Source: Candidatus Methanomethylicia archaeon
GTDB lineage: Archaea; Thermoproteota; Methanomethylicia; Nezhaarchaeales; B40-G2
Assembly (NCBI GenBank): GCA_029259155.1
Contig: JAPDJI010000003.1
Span: 1-21,869 of the forward strand
Reading direction: 5' to 3'
Length of the DNA stretch: 21,869 nucleotides
The notes beneath the pieces were generated by a model that worked only from the letters and a program-made list of their open reading frames with translations, was not told the origin of the DNA and did no database searches. Of this stretch, positions 17,408 to 21,869 are shown piece after piece. Both the position numbers and the translations under genes were made by a program. Numbering within the stretch: position 1 is the first letter of the stretch; each line of letters opens with the position of its first letter.

Positions 17408-17929
17408 TTAAGCCGAGCCTTCGATGGTTTGCTTAGAGCCTTCAGACATCATCATATGCCTATTAAGCTGCCGCTGAAGTTTTTGTACTTGAGCTTCAAG
17501 TGCTTCAAGTTTCTTAGATAGCTCCTCTACTTTGGTGCCTCCCTCTGCGCTCTCGTCTTCCAAGGGGTATAGTCTATGTAGGTGAGGGCAGAGGAGGGTT
17601 CCGTTTAGAAGCTTGATGGGTTCAACCTCCCCGTGAGTAGGGCATATCACTTTAGGCCTCCTCACCTTAACCTCTCTAAGCTCATTCAAAGATGCTTCAA
17701 GCTTAGAGAGCTTTTCCCGCAGCTCTATAAGCTCGCTCATGGTAATCCCAGGAGACCCTACGCCTGTGTGTCTCCTTACACCAATCATCGGGGTCGAGGC
17801 TGGAGCTGAGCGCTTATTGAGTATCCTGAACACTATAGCTACGCAAACCAGCCCACCGGCAACGACAGTGAGCACGGTGAAAAGCCAGTTGGAAGCGATG
17901 GCGTTCAGCACGTCTAACATCGCCACCAC
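17408..17929 (-). CDS. Hypothetical single-pass membrane protein with coiled coils and a putative Zn site
   Basis: N-terminal TM (WLFTVLTVVAGGLVCVAIVF) and heptad segments on either side of CPTH...CPHLH. The start could be ATG 17920. Confidence 0.75.
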   Translation of the reverse strand: MVAMLDVLNAIASNWLFTVLTVVAGGLVCVAIVFRILNKRSAPASTPMIGVRRHTGVGSPGITMSELIELREKLSKLEASLNELREVKVRRPKVICPTHGEVEPIKLLNGTLLCPHLHRLYPLEDESAEGGTKVEELSKKLEALEAQVQKLQRQLNRHMMMSEGSKQTIEGSA

Positions 17930-18026
17930 TCGTGGACAACCTCACCTTACACTCACCACCTTTAAACCCACCGATCAAGCCATGTAGGGTTAAGGATAAA
18001 TGAGAGAGAGCAAAGCCCTGAAACAA

Positions 18027-18099
18027 GCCGGGGTGGCCGAGTGGTCGAGGCGGCGGCCTGCAGAGCCGCTTCACGGGGGTTCAAATCCCTCCCCCGGCT
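18027..18099 (+). tRNA. tRNA-Cys(GCA)
   Basis: Acceptor stem GCCGGGG/CCCCGGC with U discriminator, anticodon arm GCGGC-CTGCAGA-GCCGC, T-loop GTTCAAATC. Confidence 0.97.
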
Positions 18100-18295
18100 T
18101 AATATGAATCGAAAGAGATACATAACTCGACTTTAATATGGCGTGGAGGACTTTCGGCAAATTTAATTAACCCTAAGAGTCGTTGAAGCGAGGTTGAAGC
18201 TATGCTCACCGTATATATTGGCTTGTATGGCTTTTCAGGAAGGTTTCTGGCAAAGTTTATCGGTGTGTGTTCGTCTATTAACGTGGTGTTTGGTG

Positions 18296-18472
18296 TTGAC
18301 TAGGTTTGTTGAGGCTGTTTATCAGAATGGTGTTTTAAGGCCTTTGGAGGAGTTGAGGCTGCCTGAAGGCCTCCGCGTGAGGATACGTATTGAAGGCTTG
18401 TTTGGCCTCCTTAAAGGTTGGGGGGTTGATGCTCAGAGAGTCAAGGATGAGTTGAGAGGGATTCATGGCTAA
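18296..18472 (+). CDS. DUF104/AF2212-family antitoxin
   Basis: VEAVYQNGVLRPLEELRLPEG is the family signature. The start is probably TTG 18296 (or GTG 18293) rather than 18194. Overlaps the vapC start. Confidence 0.85.
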   Translation: MTRFVEAVYQNGVLRPLEELRLPEGLRVRIRIEGLFGLLKGWGVDAQRVKDELRGIHG

Positions 18473-18842
18473 GTACTTCGACGATACCTACGCCCTCATC
18501 GAGATCCTACTTGGTAGCCCAGCCTATCAAAGATACGCTTTTTAAGAACTCACCACTACTATGTTTAACCTACTAGAGCTGGCCTACGCCCTCATTAAGG
18601 ACTTTGAGCCCAGTCAGACCTTAAACATCTTAACCCAAGTTCAAGCACATATCCAAGTAATCGAGCCAAGCATAGAAGACCTGGTCAATGCCTCAAAACT
18701 ACGACTAAAAGCAAGACAGGAGGAGAGAAACCTCTCATTAATAAACTGCCTAGGATACGTCATAGCTAGGAGATTAGGCATCAAATTTCTAACAGGTGAC
18801 CGTGAATTTAAAGGACACGAAAACGTTGAATTCGTTAAGTGA
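18465..18842 (+). pseudogene. vapC: VapC (PIN-domain) toxin with premature stop
   Basis: ATG 18465 gives MAKYFDDTYALIEIL..., with an in-frame TAA at 18543-18545. The same frame then continues ELTTTMFNLLE...SLINCLGY...LTGDREF. Confidence 0.88.
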
Positions 18843-19306
18843 TGCCCTTCCAACATAGACTAAACCTTAATCCCTAAGATGAAAAATGATTCCGGCCCAA
18901 ACCTAAGACTCAGCTCCGCAGACGACAAACATGTAAGATTCCATGTAAAAGGTTAATGTAGGAAACCGAAGTTGAAACCTTATATTGAGACTGTGATTTT
19001 AGCGCTAAGTTTTTACGTAAGGTGATAAATTCATTTACTGATTTGATGAATGAGTTATCAGATAAATGAACTTTTAGCGATAAAAAAGAATTAGGTGATC
19101 ATATTTAAGTAATGCAACAACAATCTAAAAACCTTGCATCGTTTTTATAAATCAATAGTTTATAGTGATCAATTATTTTCTGTTTTTCTACTTTAACGCT
19201 CTTAGGTTTTCCCAAATATGCTATTCAAAAATTTGTACCTCATTAAGAGCAAAGTCCTCAATAAGAATATAAGACCAGTTTTCCTAATAAAATTAGGAAG
19301 AGGGTC

Positions 19307-19831
19307 TTGGAAGATATTTTACTTCAGAAATATAGTGACTTCCGCGTGCATGTTTCGAGATGTCTTGCTCAATATCGCAATGGAACATATATCAAGCGGG
19401 TTGAGGGAGATCCACAATATCAAAAACTGGTCTCCTATTATGAAAAGACAGGATTACTTGCTGATTTCAAAAGATTTTATGCTTTTGTAAAACTCATACG
19501 AGAGATATACTCTCATCCTTTCATTAATGATCTTATTTCCTTTGCTGATTCTTTAGGGGCTAGCTCGTTTAATTGGATTGGCGAATATGAAAGCGACCTA
19601 GATTGGCATTTTGCCGATCAACTCGCGCGTGGTTCTATGAAAGTAGATGATCCATTCTTCCGTTCTATTGGCTTTATCAAAGAACTTCGTCAAGAAAATT
19701 GGGGCTGGTTGGCGTATGTGGCATGCATTGCTGTATTAAAAATAATATGGGATGATGCTCTTGAGATTCAGGTCGTAGAACCCAATATAATTAAAATAGG
19801 TATAGGTCAGTTGCAGACAACCTTTAAGTAA
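19307..19831 (+). CDS. Hypothetical protein (start uncertain, possibly truncated)
   Basis: 174-codon open frame in AT-rich DNA with globular-like composition; no recognised motif. Confidence 0.55.
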   Translation: MEDILLQKYSDFRVHVSRCLAQYRNGTYIKRVEGDPQYQKLVSYYEKTGLLADFKRFYAFVKLIREIYSHPFINDLISFADSLGASSFNWIGEYESDLDWHFADQLARGSMKVDDPFFRSIGFIKELRQENWGWLAYVACIAVLKIIWDDALEIQVVEPNIIKIGIGQLQTTFK

Positions 19832-20198
19832 TGTCTATTGTAACTTCATAAGAAGACTTGGTTAGTCAAAAGCTAAGGCACATCAATCTTAGAATGACAT
19901 TAAAACGCGATACTTACCAATTCATTGTCATCATTACATACCTTATTTTATCCAAACACTGCACGTTTTCATGGTAATGAAGAGCTTATTAGACAATCAC
20001 GCAAAGCTTCATGCGAAGAAGCCAATGTAAGAAAACCATGGCTTAAACAATAAAGTGAGGTTATTGTATGGTGGCTAAAATTTATTGTAAGAAAAAGATA
20101 TAAAAGTATTGAATTTAAAAGGTGTTCTTGTAGTTTTAATTGTATGTAGCGTAAGGCTTATAAGCTACCTTTTAATTACTTTGTTTGGGTGTCGAGTC

Positions 20199-20957
20199 AT
20201 GCTCTTACCATGTTCGAAGTACCCTCTTGAAATCTATGAGAAAATTTATAGGGAAAAGGGCTTTAATGACCCAAGGGCTTTTGAGCGATGGCTCATACTA
20301 CATCGATTCGGATATGCAATAAATGATAAGATAATATATGAAGTAGCAAGGAAAATAGCAGATCGTGTTCGAGATGCTGAACTAAGCACCATCATCGATA
20401 ACTACAAAGATCGCTACTTTGACCACATCGATAAAGGATATTCCTTCTACATCAACTACAATGATAGAGAGAAGCTTGTGAGAAAAATAGCTCTCCTCAT
20501 TGAGGATAACGAGTTCACTGAGTTAATCTCAGCTAAACCTCCAAGCTACGACCTTGCCGATTTAGGTACTTTCAGAGGCCTCTGCTACACCTATGAGCTT
20601 GGAGGCACACTTAAAAACGAGTGTTCATGGGATGCTGTCTATAGAGACACTAAAAACGCACTACGTGATACAAAAGGCCGCGTCTTCTACTTTCTAAAAG
20701 CTATAATTGAAATATATCGGAAAGAAGGGGCTCCAGAACCCACCTACTTTAATGCTCCTTCACTATCAAAGATCCAAGAGAAAATCGCCCAAATAACAGG
20801 GCATGTGAAAATGTTAACACCAGTCGACTACGTCACTCTCAAGGCTTATAGAATTTACTTTAAGGCAGGAAGTAGGCGTTATCCAACTCACGCCATACCG
20901 ATTGAATCGATACCACCAATTGAAAAGGCATTAAACGAATGGAGGGAGCAAGCTTGA
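20199..20957 (+). CDS. Hypothetical protein (~252 aa)
   Basis: Long open frame. ATG 20199 is preferred over 20109 because an SD-like GGGTG and a TATA-like CTTATAAG lie upstream. Confidence 0.75.
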   Translation: MLLPCSKYPLEIYEKIYREKGFNDPRAFERWLILHRFGYAINDKIIYEVARKIADRVRDAELSTIIDNYKDRYFDHIDKGYSFYINYNDREKLVRKIALLIEDNEFTELISAKPPSYDLADLGTFRGLCYTYELGGTLKNECSWDAVYRDTKNALRDTKGRVFYFLKAIIEIYRKEGAPEPTYFNAPSLSKIQEKIAQITGHVKMLTPVDYVTLKAYRIYFKAGSRRYPTHAIPIESIPPIEKALNEWREQA

Positions 20958-21097
20958 TAGATATTGACCCTGAAAAAGCACTAACTTTTCTTCTCGACCT
21001 ATTTATAAGGATATTTCTTGGGTGGATAGCATCGAAGGTCATAGAGAAAATAAAAAATAGTATGAAGATGCCTCCTCCACCCAGGGTGCTACCCTGA
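20954..21097 (+). CDS. 47-aa small hydrophobic protein
   Basis: TTG overlaps the upstream stop (TTGA) and SD GGAGGGAG lies at 20941-20948. Translation: MIDIDPEKALTFLLDLFIRIFLGWIASKVIEKIKNSMKMPPPPRVLP. Confidence 0.5.
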   Translation: MIDIDPEKALTFLLDLFIRIFLGWIASKVIEKIKNSMKMPPPPRVLP

Positions 21098-21187
21098 GCG
21101 AGAGCCATTTTTCGGATATGAAGTATTTATGATTAAAAGTTTAAAGGTTCTTGAAGATATATTAACTCCCTGACTTAATTACATACG

Positions 21188-21869
21188 ATGAGCTTAAAGG
21201 CCCTATACCCCACTTATCCATTCATACTGTCTACCCGTTCTTCACTGAAAACGAACATAAGATTTGGTTCTCGAAGGATCTATGTTGACGTACCTTGGCA
21301 GGTTTACCATTTCATGAGGGAGGTTATTAATGAGCAGATAAGCATTGAAAATTTTAATGAATATATTAGGAAAACATGGCAAGAATATGTTAAGAAGTAC
21401 CAGAATCATTTAACATTTAATGGGAAACCTTTTGTCTGGATATATCCTTGGACAAATAGGTTTTCACGGTATAGATATCATCTCATATTGAGGATTGATT
21501 GGAAACTTCTACTTCAATATCTTGATAATAAAGCTTTAAACTTATTGCATGAACTCCTCGAGGGTAAAAGGACCATTAATGAAATTTATCAAGAGATTTT
21601 CCTTAATTTCCTCAATTCAATAGGTAAGCCACGAGCTCCAGCTCCTCGACCTTTAGGTAAGGTACAAATAGCATTCATAAAATTACTTAAAGAAACAAAT
21701 GATTATCAAAAAATGCTTTATGAACTCTTACGTATTCAAATGATAATTGAAAAAATGGAGGATATACTTGCAAGGAAAGCACCTTCAATTAAATTCTATA
21801 CTGTAAACCTTAAGATGATAGCATTAAACCTAAACATCCTCCTCGAAGGCCTTAATTTCTCTGCGTCCT
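21188..21869 (+). CDS. Hypothetical protein, runs off window end (>227 aa)
   Basis: Frame open from ATG 21188 (MSLKALYPTYPFILSTRSS...) to the last base. It is absent from the ORF track because it has no stop in the window. Confidence 0.75.
   Translation, partial: MSLKALYPTYPFILSTRSSLKTNIRFGSRRIYVDVPWQVYHFMREVINEQISIENFNEYIRKTWQEYVKKYQNHLTFNGKPFVWIYPWTNRFSRYRYHLILRIDWKLLLQYLDNKALNLLHELLEGKRTINEIYQEIFLNFLNSIGKPRAPAPRPLGKVQIAFIKLLKETNDYQKMLYELLRIQMIIEKMEDILARKAPSIKFYTVNLKMIALNLNILLEGLNFSAS

Larger units (their letters stand above)
18100..21869. mobile_element. Probable genomic island downstream of tRNA-Cys (right end outside window)
   Basis: TA pair directly after the tRNA, then a sharp GC drop (17/60 G+C at 19021-19080 versus 35/60 at 5521-5580) with unrecognisable ORFs. 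No integrase or att duplicate visible. Confidence 0.5.

Noticed and set aside
19218-19490. 90-aa ORF overlapping 19307-19831
   Set aside because: Out-of-frame overlap with a longer, more protein-like ORF; probably spurious.
621-21108. Remaining short ORFs in the track antisense to or nested in identified genes and tRNAs (e.g. 621-1052, 5601-6011, 12710-13132, 14474-14956, 17814-18074, 20860-21108)
   Set aside because: Shadow frames of well-supported features with no motifs of their own.

Overview
Archaeal chromosomal window, probably a thermophilic TACK/Thermoproteota lineage (inferred from the ribosomal proteins, Rpp29, TrmB and the CRISPR repeat type). It opens with a decayed left end: an internally deleted P-II gene, a 3-repeat CRISPR mini-array with no cas genes in view, and a frameshifted molybdopterin oxidoreductase. 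Next come a GT4 glycosyltransferase, a TatD-like hydrolase, an isolated L22-S3-L29-Rpp29-S17-L14-L24-S4e-L5 ribosomal block and an FAD oxidoreductase. These are followed by a TrmB / membrane protein / radical SAM-SPASM / CFI-box surface protein module, yhhQ-queC, tRNA-Pro(UGG), tRNA-Cys(GCA), a DUF104-VapC pair with a dead toxin, and an AT-rich island of unknown ORFs. The two strongest leads are (1) a ~110-nt, densely structured 5' leader of yhhQ-queC with mutually exclusive SD-sequestering and SD-releasing hairpins, a candidate archaeal 7-deazaguanine riboswitch, and (2) a 22-bp operator-like motif shared by the two convergent promoters of the TrmB/radical SAM/surface-protein module. All calls are by eye; no searches or folding programs were run.
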